NCBI RefSeq assembly: GCF_964355755.1
Contig: NC_092670.1
Coordinates: forward strand, 9,786,201-9,850,200
DNA: 64,000 bases
Direction: 5' to 3'
From: Antedon mediterranea
Taxonomy: Eukaryota; Animalia; Echinodermata
Shown here: positions 28,101 to 43,100 of the stretch, in pieces
How the letters are laid out: the number at the start of each line of letters is the position of its first letter
Position numbering within the stretch: the stretch's first letter is position 1
Translations under genes and position numbers: made by a program
The notes under the pieces: generated by a model
The model's input: only the letters and a program-made list of their open reading frames with translations
Databases searched by the model: none
Told to the model about the DNA's origin: nothing

Positions 28101-31100
28101 ACAACATTTGTTTGTCAACATACACACATTATACAATAAAACTGCAGAAACTTTTATTTAAACCAATCTAAAGTGTCCCCTTCTTAATAGGGTATCCCTG
28201 GAATTTCAAAGGAGGGAATGTTCACTGCACAAGTTTTTCTGCCATTTCCATGCCAATGAGTTAAATACTGGGGCAGAGCCAGGAATTGAACCAAGCCTCT
28301 GATAGTAAGAAGATGCTGTTCCACTTTAAAGTATGAATCTTGATATTGTAATAAGAGATTGAAGGTAGAGATATTGTACATCATTGTTTACGTTAGTACT
28401 AGACATATCTTAGGTTAACTTGGACAGAAGCAATCATGTGTTTGGTCATATTGCTTTACATTCATGTAATAAGAGATTGTGAAGTGCAGGAACACATGGT
28501 TTTTAGGATGACAAATGAGAGCAACTTTGATTAATGATTCAACATCGTGCTTACATATTGGAATAATGTATGATTGAAGAGTGAATGTATGTTGTTTACA
28601 TTGCACAACATTCTCAGAGTGAATTGGGATAGAACTTTACAAGAAAAGAAACCTAAAGATGATTAAAGAGTGAATTCTTGTTTTATACACTGAATAACAT
28701 TCTCAGAGTGAATTGGGGTAGAACCTTCAACATAAAAGTGATACTGGATAACATTCTCAGAGTGAATTGGAATAGAACCTTAAGAAACATAAAAATGATT
28801 AAAGAGTGAATGCTTGTTGTTTTGTACACTGAATAACATTCTCAGAGTGAATTGGGGTAGAACCTTACAAGAAAAAGAAACAAAAATTGAACAAAGAGGT
28901 TAATCACAGCAGTAGAACAAGCTTCACATTATAAGAAGCCCAGCTGCTTCAGAAAAAAAAAGACCTCGATCAAATATTGGTCAAAGGGCAGACTAAGCAC
29001 TGTAGTGCTTAGAAGAAAGTTTTGGTTTTTACCTTATAATTGCAATGAGGAATGAAAGAGGAATGGAGGAGGAAGGAAGTGTCGTCCTTAATTAGACATC
29101 AGAGAGAAGTTGTTGAAAATTAATGTGGCATCATGTGAAGGGTCTGGAAGTGGGAGAGTGTTGGTGGAGACTTAAGATTTTAGTAGAGCTCAAGTCCCAG
29201 TCAATTTTTTTTCATCTTACTTTCCGTTTTTGACAGAAGTATGAAGATGTCCTCCATTGTCCCACATTGAGTTTTTTACATGGTGACTATTAAATGATGT
29301 TTTTATTTGATGGCATGTCCCAGATTGTCTTACTGTACATTTGGATCAGTAGGATTGGGCAACATAAATTCTTTATGCCTGTTCTTTATTTTATCAATAC
29401 TTTTTAGCAGTATATTAGGTTCATACATATACATATGAAAATCTGATATAATTCAGCATACAATGAAAGATGGCGTCATATGTACTACCTTTCAACATGT
29501 TTATTATTCTTCTTTTATACTGGGGGGCACATTGAATAGTTTCAACATTGAAGTAGAGTGTGGGTCAATGATGTGTTTCCCAGAAGTGGCCGTCACATCA
29601 GACATATTCTCAATTCAAGATTAAGAGTATAGTCATACTGTATATTATTTACTTGTGCATTAAGCCTAGGGATAAAGTGGGTAGATAGCTATCCTATGAA
29701 TGCATTTGATGACAAAACTAAATAAATTATGTCTTGTTATGAAATGGACGCTGATGTAATACTTAATTAAACACTTGAGGGCGCACTTATGGCAAGGTCT
29801 GTTTACGGAAGTTAAAGACCTGTAGTGTTCACATTCACGTTTAAATCCGGCCACATAGTATCGATAATTCAATAGTTGATGATGTTATGAATATTTAGTT
29901 GTGTTTAAATTAAAGTATTTACCACAAGATTAAACTCCGCTATTTTTTAACCTTTAGTTATCTATTTTAGTTATTATTCTATTATCTCATTGTCATCATT
30001 ATCCTAAAGCTTGGTTCCCACTAGAACGTAACGTAGGGACGTAAATGCAACGCAAGCGTTTTAACCAATGACAAGCGAAGTTATACAGTAGACAGTTAGC
30101 AATCACAAGCGAATAAGCCATCGCTTGTGATTGGTCAATTCACTTGCGTTGCGTTACGTCCTTGTGTTGCGTCGCTAGTGGGAACCACGCTTAATCATCA
30201 TTTTTATCATTGATCATTACAAAAGTAATAAAATTAAACACATTTAAACCATGAGATTTTTTTGGGTCAAAATTTTAAATTTTTAATGTAATATGCCTTT
30301 GGACCCAAAAAGTCCCCTTAATAGAGGTGTCAGTTTAACTGAAGATGGACCTAGTGTTAAAACATATTGCCTCTTGTTTGTTTCAATGGAAATCCTTGTG
30401 TGTGTGACCTGAATAGGGAAGTCCCAATGTTTGGATTCTACTCTAAACTTTTTGCAAATAGTGCCAATTCTGTGGTGCTAAACTTTGGCTCTACCATACC
30501 CTAGCTCTTTCAAAATGGCCATACCTCTAGTATGAAATTACTCATTTCTGAAAACCTTTGAATATGTATGTGTAATTTCATAACTTATTCTCAGTGTTTT
30601 TTTTTTTATATTAAGAATTTTTAATAGAAATGTTTCTGATACATTACTGTATATGATACATCAAAAAATGACATACTTTAAAATATAATGTAACATAACA
30701 TAGTCACTTTATACCAAATTAACATTAATATCATGATTTTTAATATTATAATATAAAAAATTGTCTCCGACACAAATATTAATATTAAATGTAAAATATT
30801 TTTAGTAATACTTTATTATTCTAAATTAATATAACCTCATCAACAAAGTTTTTAGTAAATTGTAGAATATAAGTAGCAGTAGCAGTTTTAAAAAAGTAAT
30901 AATTTAAAAATTACTCATTGTTATCAAATAATAACCACATCATTCAATATTTTTCACTTTTGAAATTAATTATTAAAAAATGTGCTCTGTAGTAGTAAAC
31001 TTGGTGCAGGTTCGAGGCTCTTCTTGTCCATATAGTAGTAAAGGCTTGTCGAATAATAAATTTAAAATGATGGTCCATTGTACACATGTACAGTTTATAG

Positions 31101-34100
31101 AACCCAGTATTTTTGTTTGCGATGTTACCCTGGTATTCTTTGTTCTTTTTCAGTTCATCTCCTTGTTGGGGGTGGGGGATGCTGTTTATAGAACCCAGTA
31201 TTTTTGTTTGCGATGTTACCCTGGTATTCTTTGTTCTTTTTCAGTTCATCCCCTTGTTGGGGGTGGGGGATGCTGTTTATAGAACCCAGTATTTTTGTTT
31301 GCGATGTTACCCTGGTATTCTTTGTTCTTTTTCAGTTCATCCCCTTGTTGGGGGTGGGGGATGCTGTTTATAGAACCCAGTATTTTTGTTTGCGATGTTA
31401 CCCTGGTATTCTTTGTTCTTTTTCAGTTCATCCCCTTGTTGGGGGTGGGGGATGCTGTTCCTATGAGTTCCATAGTATCACTATCACCAACTTTCAGACA
31501 CAAAGATGCAAATGATTGTCAATGAATTACAATTATTGCCATAAATAAAAAAAATGATACAAAACTACATTTTCAAAACAAACTTTTGTTTTACTCTCCT
31601 CTTTCCTTTCGAAAGACTTTTCATTGCAGTATATGCTCAGGGCAGGTAAGGACCAGCTACCATACAAATGTGACAAACAAAATAGCATGAATACCATACT
31701 AATACTGGTAATAAGCCCATCCTTGGATATGGAATATAAGGGATAAGCCCACCTTGGGATATGTACATTTTGATTATAATCCCACTTTGATTATCAGCAG
31801 TAAGCTCATTATATTATAGGCCCACAAACATAGGTAGCCCATCCTTTAGCATTACAATATATAGTTTTAAATTTACTGCCATATTTAAAATATATAGTTT
31901 TAAATTCAGTGCCATATTTAAAATATAAGTCCTGTTATTTAGTCCTTGTCTATGAAATTCTACATTTAAAATCCCATCAAATTTCATGTTCATGTGATTG
32001 GGCTTTTTACATTCATATTCAGTATGGTGTTATTATTAAAATACATGTTTAATTATACATATTTATATAATGGTATGATTAATATTTTTATATTTATAAT
32101 ATTTTGTATGCACAACAGTAATGCAAGTACATGTGTACGATATTTCTCCCATTTTTACTTATGTTTTATAATATTTCATAAATAATTATGTATTTCTATG
32201 TATTATGCCATTCATATGCCAGTGCAGTACAAGGCAGTATTAGTGTTTTTTAAAATTAATTACATGTTAATAAAAGTCTGTACTACAGTAAAGGTCTCCG
32301 CAATATTTTTTAATCTTTTTAACAGCATTTCTTTATAAAAAATTATATACTGTACACTTAAAAATGATTGTGTTTTTTTTTTTTAATGAATTTTGAATAC
32401 TAATCCTTTGTCTTTTAATAATTTGACACGCTGATGAAAAAATATGCACATTTTTATTTTATAATAATGTATTATTTATTTAATCTATAGTATTTGTAAA
32501 AAGCCTACAATAGTCATAATTATATCTATATTGATTTATGTATATTAACTGTTAAAAAACATTCATTTATTATGCACATTAAATTTGTTGTAAGTATGTT
32601 AAATTGATTTTTATTATAAAAACATTTTAAAGAACATCATTCATCGGTTATGAATAATTCTTTATTGATAATGTATTTTTGCCATATGGCAGTAAACAGT
32701 GCATTATAAAATCCAAATTTGAAAATTGATTTTTCACTAAAAACAATGTTATCATTGCATTGTATAAGTTGTTTCTAATTTGAAAACATCATGAATTATT
32801 CATAAAGGCTATGAATAATTCATTAATTATTGTTTATGATCATATTATTGCAATGATATATTTGGTAATAATTTTTGTAATGTAAATTAAATTCAAATTT
32901 GATTTTCAGTATAGATAATTATGACATGTGTTTTGATGAGCTGTATAGAGTAATATGAAAATTATGAAATATGAATTATTCATAATCTCATGAATAATTC
33001 ATTGATAAAATGTACTGTATCTGTAAATTGCATTTCCTTTGCAGCATCTGTATACCAATGTATGATAAATTATTATTTTATTAAATTATATATAATATAC
33101 ATGTTTTTCCTACGCACGTGTATACTTTTTGATATTTATGTATACTCTTTAAACTTATTTAAAATTATTTAATATTTTTAAAAAAAAGTAAGTATATAAT
33201 TAATTATTGCATGAAGAATAATAATAATAAACTTGTGTAAAATGCATATTAATATAACATTACATCATGGGAATTTCTTATGTTATTTCACATTAATATT
33301 TGTAGGTTTAATTTTGTTGTTTGTATACAATTTACAAGTAATGATACAGATTTCAAATGAGACAAATTATAGACTTATAAAAGAATATAAAATATTAAGG
33401 AAATAAAGACATTTTTAGTGTACTATTTAAACCTAAGCTAGCTAATTGGAAGGTATCGAGAAATTTCACTTCAAATTACTGTTTTGCTGACCATTTCCAA
33501 CACGTTGTACAGTAAATGCTGTTTAATTGTGAAGCCGGGGAGCCACACGATCTGGTTTTATAAATCGCACAATTTTATTCAATTTAGTTTCAATTTAATG
33601 TATTGCTTATTGGAATTGATCGAGAATGTTCACCTATGAATTTAATTTGAATTCCTCCTTCCGACACATACTGTACTGTAGGAAGGCAGTTTGAGTGGAA
33701 GAACAATCTGATTTTAAAAAAAAAACACAATTTTTTATTCGCTTGGTATTAAATTAATGAAATGCTTCAAATTAACATAGTAGTAAAGAGTAGGTAGTTG
33801 ATAATTCAAGTTAGAATTGGTTGACTTAACATAATTGTTATCATTGCGTGCTTATATGATATGAAGGGATCAAAAAGCATGCCAGATACAAGTCTCATAG
33901 GAATGGCTACGCTTGCTTAATTCATAAGATTGATGGACTTGCCAATATTTTGAATATTAATGAGGAGCACTTATGAGAAATTTGAAAGTGTTATGTAAAT
34001 AGCTAAACAAAATTAATATTACATTGGAAAACTGGTTTAATTTTATCGCATAATTATCATTAGTTTATTACCAGTATGGTAGAAAATTGTTTTAATTTCA

Positions 34101-37100
34101 CCTATGATAAATTATTAAAATGTATTTTAATACCATATAGTACAGTAAAAACTGTAATAATAATCACACGATAATTGTCATTAGTTTTAAAAAAAGAAAA
34201 GAAAAACACCAAACACTCTAGAGTAATTTATAAGTACATCTAGAAAAATTATAAAAAAATAATGATATGCAAATTAATTACTGTAACCTTTGAACTTTAT
34301 CCTTACAGCAAATCACAGGACATTCAGGCTACGGTTACCTTCCATTCGATATAACAAGTCTTCTCAAAACAAATGCGAGGAGAATGATGCCGATAAAGGA
34401 ATATTGGAATCCGAAACATCCCTACCACTTAGGCGTTTACCTCCAACGAAAGAGCTTCCAGAAGAGGAGGAGAAAGAAAGACTTCGCAACGATTCAGCGG
34501 AAAATAAAGAATGCGCAAAGGAGTTGTTACGTAAACAAAATGCAAGACGTCAAAAGTCAGTTAACGCAAAACCTCATACTATTGATAATGCTCAATTGGA
34601 TTCAAAACATAGAATGGAGAGGGGGAAAGAACCGCTCGTGAGGTCGTCGTCAAACATGAGTTCAACGTGGTCAAATAAAAGTGTACAGAGTCACAGTAGT
34701 GTTAGAAGGGCGTCCTCTGTAGATTGTCTGAACAATAATCAAGGCATTGGTATGAATCATACAGGTTAGTAGTATCATTTTACTCACATTCATAATTCTC
34801 AAGATAATTTAACTACAGTAGAATCCCTATTCAGTGGAGATTTCTATTGACGATATATTGTCCCTAAAAAATAAAGATTTATTAAATCAGACTTTGAATA
34901 TGTTATTTTGTAGTTTTAATAAAGCTAATCACTTCCGTAAAAAAAATTATTTAAAAAAATGTTTTAACTTATAAAAAGACAATATAAACTGTTAAATTCA
35001 ACCAATAACTAATTGGCTGGCATTTCTTTGCTTTAAATTACAGTTTTTTCAGGTAAATTTTTTTTCCCGATCCAATTTTTGGTCACAGTGGATAACTATT
35101 ATTTTACATTGAAATGGCATATTCAATACAAATTTTGAGAATTATTTTTTCAGGATGACAATACATTTTTAAAGGGACACTTGTGAAATTAATCAGGGCC
35201 AATGCAGTATGTTTTAACACTACAGTCAACCCTCAACAAAGCTATTCTTGTGTCATGTTTTTATGTGAATATATATTTCATTTTTGTTAAAACTGAATTC
35301 ATAATACATTTAAATATTATGTAATATGAATACGTATATCGACTGTAGAGTTGGTTGTCAAAAATTAGCAATTATCAAAATAGTTGTAGTTAATATCTCA
35401 TTACATAGGTATATATTCACTGTGAAATTTTCCAGTTAACAAGTTAACACTACCAACTTCTACAGTAATGTGCAAAATTGTAATGTGATGGCACAGAATT
35501 TGTATAATTTGATTTTGAATAAAATAGACATATAACTGCCTTACTAAAGATCGTTTCTAATGGGCGCATGAACACATAGCAGATCATTTTTTATTTATTA
35601 TTAAACAGTTTGCGTACAAAGCCTAAGAGGAAACCGTGTGCCAATTGCTCAACACAGAAGTGGGAACCTAATTAACGGTGATCTCCATATCCCCTAGACT
35701 CTACTTGCAACTTTTTAAACAGTCTTTTAGCTTTAATGCGCTCTTTTTAATTATCTTTCTCGGATAGAACATTTTTATTTGAAATTCCTATTCTACTTTC
35801 AGTGGCGTATCCAGTAGGGGGGCCGGGGGGCCCGGGCCCCCCTGATTTCGTTTCCGTCGGCACATCATTGCGGCCGTCGGCAAACAAAGGTGCCGGGGAA
35901 AAAAATAAACTATTTATTCTGACAATAATTGAACTGTAAACATAATTCTTTTGAGTGTTTGTTTATTTACATATCATATCATCATTGATCCCTTCAGATC
36001 AACTATTTTTTATTTTCATTACATCTAACGAAACACGTTAAAAATGTGTAGCACGTACGTACGGCCGTACGCGGTAGATTGTTTACTCAAAAGTCTTTGA
36101 CCTTACCCTAAAACCTTGTTTTTGCATGCAGTTGAGCCTCTCATGACCTGAGATTTGTATGTCTTCCTACGCTAAGAGATTATATAGTTCCACATGCCAT
36201 GTGCTTTTTTGTCTAAGATATATTTATTATAAGTGCCAAAAACCCGGTTTTTTTTCTCGATATGAGGCCTTTATTATTCAAAATTTTTAAAGCAAAAGCA
36301 CATACCATAAGAAATATCCATGTACCGTATTTCATTTTTGGAACAGAATATTCCGTGAGGCTCAACTACAAAACCACCATTTTGTGATATGATGTCATCG
36401 TAAGCCAATCAAAGCTGAGCTTTCTCGCGATTGGCATTGCTCACGGTTGAATGATTTAGGATTCTAGCTGATTTGATTGGTGGATGCGAATCACCCGCAG
36501 CGGAATGTTTTCTCTCGCGCGTGTACCATGAATCTCTCTGATCGTTACTACACAAAGTTAGAGCAATGAATTTGTCCGAATTCCGTTATTAAGTAAACAA
36601 CTTTATATATTTTATAAGCATTTAATAACATGTTTTATTGATATTTCCAATGGTGATATATAAAATAAATTACTAAAAAACGTAAATATATGTAATTATT
36701 TTAACCAAAAATGGCGTAGTTAATATAATTGTCGACTGAGGCCGCAAATTGTTTTACTTCTTTCGTGGCTAAAAACGATCATTTTCGGCGATGTTTTAGA
36801 CCCTATATTTCGAAAACTACAAGTCAGATTTTCCTAATTCTTTCTTTATTGTAATATGAATACAACATACTAACAGATAATGTTGGTTTGGTTTTAATTT
36901 TGCATCATTATCCCATATAAGACAATATGACTATGTAATCCTAGAACATATATTGATCAGAGACGTCGTGTATGTACAGATAATGACACCAATTTTGTCG
37001 GCAAATTGGCAATTCCCGGCCCCCCAACTTCAAAATCCTGGATACGCCACTGTCTACTTTAATGTATACATTTTAGTATTAGTTGATTATATAAATTGTT

Positions 37101-40100
37101 CTGAGGGGCCCTAATGATCAGCTTTTGTTGAATGAACTGCCCTCATAAAACAACTGTCCCTATACCATAATCCTTATTAATACAGTAGATATATACTGTT
37201 GATCCCCTATTAAGGGGATACCTTCGGTACCCAACAAACTTTCTCCTTAATAGGGATGTCCCTTAAATAGGGATGAGCCATTTTGTATAGTGTTAAAAAA
37301 TTGCTGTTCTCCATTTCATAATAAAGTTTCACCATCTTTCTACTGTAGAATACTGTATATAAATTAGATTGAATCAATTCTGAAGGTGGATCCCCAGTCA
37401 ATATATAATATTTCAACACCTCTTACATAACGTTATGTATCTATACATAAACACGATGATTAGATAAATAAATGTTGAAATTAACTTAGTATCTACACAG
37501 GTGTTGTAACGCCATGAGACAGGTCACAGTATGTAGTAATACGCCTGTCGATCTACTTTACACAGCTGTGTTATGAATAAGAGATTGTTACATAAGAATA
37601 TGCTACGATTAATGTTAGACCTACATCATATTAGACACACAGCAGTCAAACAGCGATTACTAACAACATCCCTGACTGATCAATAAAATAGCTCATGGAT
37701 ATCAACTTGCAGTCAACTGAGGTTAAGTGGTATTGTCAATAGAGGGCGATGTAACTTTAAATATCTACAGTATTCTAGGTTATAATAGGATTTGATTGTT
37801 GTGTGTCTCAGAAAGGGGCAACTATTGGGTAGTACTGTATACAAATAATAAATGTTTAGTGCAATGGTACAAATAATTGCATAAGGTGAAAGATGAAAGG
37901 TTCTATTTTGAACATTTCATATTTTACCGAATGAAATTATTTTGTAAACCTACTTGTATTACTTAATTCATTGCTAAAACAAGAGATTAGGCCGAAGGTC
38001 TAAACAGTTCGAAAAGGCTGTGCTTCAATTTTGGTCATGGAGTCTGGTACAGTCTAATTTTCGATTTTGTGTCATGCATGGTTTCTCATTGTAACAAGAA
38101 TGAACACGCACATAACAACAATTCATATATCGAAATTGCACTCTTGATGATGTAAGAGTTCAATGAAGTAGTTTGAATATCATGTGACCCACAATCCCCA
38201 ATCTACCAAAAGACAGGAATATATGCAGGTGTGTTATGAAGTTGAATGGGATTTTTTTATGAGTTAAAGGATTGATTGTACTACACTATTTAACAAAACA
38301 AAGTTTTGAGAGAGAGTACCACAATTGTAAGAGGTTCTGAATGTTATATAAAAAAAAAGGTTAAAAAAATATTGAAAGGAAAATTGTTAGTATTATGCAA
38401 TTAATATTCTTATTATAACGTTAATTTTTTAAAATCTTTACAGTATCACGTGCAACAGTACCTACCAAAGCTTATGCATATTCAGACCCAAATATCAGCT
38501 CTCATATAGGGAAGCTAGGCTCGTCGTTTACGGCGCTAAGCAATGAGGACTCCGACGATGAGTGGAAGGAGCATAGCATAGCATCAGCAACTTGTGTCTT
38601 CCCTGCTAAGAGTAATAATGTTGGGGGCAATCTCACTCAGGTTTGTTTGAAATATTTCTATTATTCATTCATATTTCCTGTATATTTGTTCTATTATTTT
38701 TGGGAAAGTGTATTGATGTTGTCATTCGTCATCATCAAGATCAACACCTTTATTTTCATGATTATCATCATTCAGACCTTCACAATCAACAATCAACCAG
38801 TATCATTACCTTTACCAATCTGATTTTCATTATCAGCCCTATATTTTCATAATTAATCACGATATCACCATGTAATCCACCATCATCATTCTGCCTTGTT
38901 GTCAGTCATTGAATAGTATACAAATAATGGTGCCTGCCTTTATTTACAATAGATTCACAATATATTACAGAAGGTTGACTCTTTAAACGATACAAATAAA
39001 TAATTTGACAGATTAACAGAAGCATTTACATCTGTTAGTAACTTATATAACTTTGGATAAGAGGGATTACACCAATAATAATGAATGTTAACGAGTGCGA
39101 TGGTGAAAATAATTTCAAGAAGCGAAAGAAAGGTTATATTTTCACAATCGTCCAATCAAATGATAGAAATCTATGATATAGCATCAAGTAGTTCATCAAG
39201 ATACTTTTAGTATTACATTTTTCCTGTTGTCCTTCCAGTATTTATATTTTACAAATAAATGTTTGGCTTCTGAACAAAAGTAAATATATTTTATAGTAGT
39301 CAATTTATTTATTTTATTAGGCTAAAATCTTTGAAAAGAAGGTAAGGATTCCTTTCATTCTCTGGTGACTTTTTTTAACTAAAAATACCGTATATTTCGG
39401 TGTATAAGTCGCACCTGTGTATAAGACGCACCCCCTAACTGAGAGTAAAATATCGGTATTTTTTATATCGTCGATGTATAAGACGCACCTTATATTTCAT
39501 CAAAACAATTTTTTTATTAAATTGTAATCAATATATTGTAATAATATATTTTGTTATATCTACAACGGCGTCCTTTTAGAGGTTTTTTCTTACCTAGGCT
39601 CGGCCGCGCCCAGCCTCAACAAGTTCTTTCTAACTTGTCATTCATGAGTTTCGCACCCGCAACATCGAGTGCATGACCGTGTGTGTAACACGCACGTGTG
39701 TGGGCTAGCCTCGCTCGATCATTTCGAGAGGGCGCACGTTTTCACGGACAATCGTATTCGATTAGTATCTATGTATCCGAGAAGTGTGTATGCTAGGTCC
39801 ATGCTATAATCAACTGGAGAATATCCTAGTCGAATACCGTACACCATGTGGCCGCCAAGGGCTTGCGCTAGGGGTACGGCGGTCGGCGATCGTGCGTATA
39901 ACTATAAATAAATACATTCCAATCGTAAACGTTTACAAATGAAATTTTATCGGAGCGCCTAAAACAGCTCTATAATGAACAAATCTTTTCATCATATTTA
40001 GTATAACATCACGCTAAAATGCCTTGAAAACTAGGCTGAAGCAGGTTGCCGTTACGTTATTACACTGTAGCTAGCCTAGGCCTAGCCTACTCAGGCCTAG

Positions 40101-43100
40101 CTGTGCCAACGAGGTGACGATTATGTATAGTACAATCTGTGTGGTGAGGCATTTATGTTCGGCGTATAAGACGCACCCTTAATTTAGAGGTCAATTTGCG
40201 TGTCAAAAGTGTGACTTATACACCAAAATATACGGTATACTTAATTTACATTTTAAGTGAAATTTTATTTACTTAATACTGTTCGGGAACATTCTCTAAG
40301 GTATTTTTCATTTTTTTAAAGGTTTTACTACTTTTTTCAATAGTAACATTATTGTTGTTACTAACGAAATTATCATTTGAAGTGAATTTTCATTCAACTA
40401 ATTTCACTAATGTGAATTTCTCTGAAAGTTTATGATACTGCCCTCTATAATCAGTATTGTTTTCACATGAGAAAAGAATTGCTGTGCATTTGTCATGTTC
40501 TAAGATTCTTTTTGATTAGGTATCTCCTGCCCTCTATATTGCTTCATTTTATTTACTGGAGTAAAGAATTGATTTGCTTTGCTTTGAAATAACAAATTTT
40601 ACTTTATAACTACTTATTAATATACCTACTTATATTATTGTTTTACCAGTTTGTATTTAAGCATTATTTAGGTACTTAGATGAACAAGCAAGCAAATTAA
40701 AGTGTGGGAAACATTTTTTTCTTAGATATAATTATTGAAGGCCACTGAACCACAGAGACGCTAAAGGGTATTTATAAAATCAATTACCCATTGGACCATA
40801 GTCCATGGCAGCTGTGTGTTGATATTTTTTTCCCTGTATTTTTATTCCAGTATTATTGTCAGTTTGTTCCAATTGTCCAGGTACTATTAATTAATTAATC
40901 CAATTCGGATTTCCAACCCAAAGTTAACAATTTCTGGAGGCTTACATCAATGTTTTCCCTTTAAATAAATGGTGGAATAGCCAGATGATTTTTGTAAAGT
41001 CACAAAAAAGCCTTGATTGCACTGGACTTAATAATTTGGTCACATTAACTAAGTCGTCAGCTAAATTGACCAAGTAAAGTCCTAACGCTGGTTAAATTAC
41101 TACTGCCTGCCCAGTTGAACTTACCATGGTCTCGGTTAAACTAACCACGCTGGTTACTATTTCCAATCCGAATCTAAAGTCTTCATGACCCACTTCAAGT
41201 TAAAATTTGACATGATATCTTCACACCGATTCTCAGCCTTGTTGTACATGGTATCAACGGTTTAGACATATCCATTCTGTTATCTGTACTTTTGTTGAAC
41301 CAAAAATTTCTTGTATGAATTGAGTTGAAGGCCAACCTTATAATTCATCATTTGTTGTAATGTATTTACAATTTATTTTTTTGTAATGGAATAATTATAT
41401 AATAATAATAATATAAGAATTATATGATAATTGGACCCCTACTTTTTGATAATTATCTCCCTGTAGACATATTTGATTACTACAAATTGGCTCTATTTAT
41501 TTCCTTCTGTTTCTGCCATGTAGGGCCACCAGTTGGAGACTTCACATTTATGGTATATGGTTTCTGGTTCCATACTATTGCTAATTATTATTCACCCTAT
41601 GTTGTTATATTATTTTCTCCTAATATTTACATAAATCATGCAGTGTCTCTATTAAGGATGTTTCACATATAAAGTATGTTTTTTTCATGTGAAACAATAG
41701 AAAATGCCTTCCAACAATGAAATGGTGTCTAGACAGGTCACAATCATTTCAAAATGCGTCTGATTTATAGCTAATAAATATTCATAAATTAATACTGTAT
41801 ATTAATAAGTAAAGTATGTTGTCCCATGGAGAAGTAACCTTTACTCATTTTTTCATGGTTTTCCTCTTCAATGGTAAAATTTAAATGTTTGATACGCATC
41901 AGCGAACGCTTTAATTTTGATGAATTTTCACAGTAAAGACCTTGTGTTGCGTTATATGTACTGTATAAATGCTATTCTTAACATTGGCCAACTTTACAAG
42001 CTCACGTAATGTCAATGTCGTCATTGCGGTCCAAGTCGTTAAAGAAGAGTTTTCAACGTCATCGTGTTTTATTCGGTTGCATTTGTGCGAAAAATGTCCA
42101 CTATTTATCATTGTCAATAACCAGAATCAATCGTGGGCATATTGTACTTGGTTGATTTGATGCCTATGCCTTACAGAAATTATTTTCGGGCCGTCGAGTA
42201 TTGGGAAGTTGATCAATAATTAAGCAACTCTGGCGTACATCTCGCTTGTGAATTTGTACAAGTAAATTCCTATCTTCAACTCTTCTTGTTAACAACTTGC
42301 ACAATAGAATCTATTATATAACAAAGTAATAATAATATTACTACTAGTAGTAGATTATTTGTAGGTTCTTCGTTTCATGTGTAGAATAGACATCTATAAG
42401 GTGCTGCCTTAAGAAGGAAACTGAATCACATTAAATTACTACAAAAGTATAGTTAAATTGATTTTATATAAAAACATTTTTTTAAATAGATTTTCTTTTA
42501 TAATTTTCAGTCTGTGCAACAGTGTATAAAATTTAATACAACAAAATATACACATTTTTATATTTGATGTTTGAAAAACTACGGTTAAAAATGTCCAAAA
42601 CTGAAATCTTATGTACACAGTTGTTATAAATGGAGAGATTCTACAAAAGAAGAGTATACCCTGGTGTACTGGTCCTCTTTAGCCCCTGTCATTCTTGGTA
42701 GGCTACGGCCAAATCTGAATGTCCTCAATATTAGATGGATAATGTAATAAACATTAAAAAAAAGAAAAGAATGACACATTCTCAAGAAACAAATGATAGG
42801 CAATATTTGGCCACCCCCTATTTAAGCGACACAGTTTGTGTCCTGTATTAAGTGTCCTCTCAATATTAAATGAATTAAGTATAAACAATAAAAGAAGCAA
42901 AAATGGCACATTCTTATGAAACAAATGATAGGCAATATTTGGCCACCCCCTAATTAAACGACACAGTGTGTGTCCTGTTAAGTGTCCTCTCAAGATTGGA
43001 TGAATTAAGTATAAACAACAAAAGAAGCAAAAATGGCACATTGTCATGAAACAAATGACAGGCAATATTTGGCCACCCCCTATTCAAGCAACACAGTTTG

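Noticed and set aside
29020-29290. Possible minus-strand LINE remnant
   Set aside because: Too degraded to translate into a diagnostic motif.
30980-31525. Four overlapping ORFs
   Set aside because: Translations of the 91-bp tandem repeat.
41880-42270. CpG-retaining stretch with a possible phase-0 donor (CAA|gtaaat)
   Set aside because: The frame from the nearby ATG ([19 protein letters not shown]) stops before the donor; it may be regulatory but this is not supportable.
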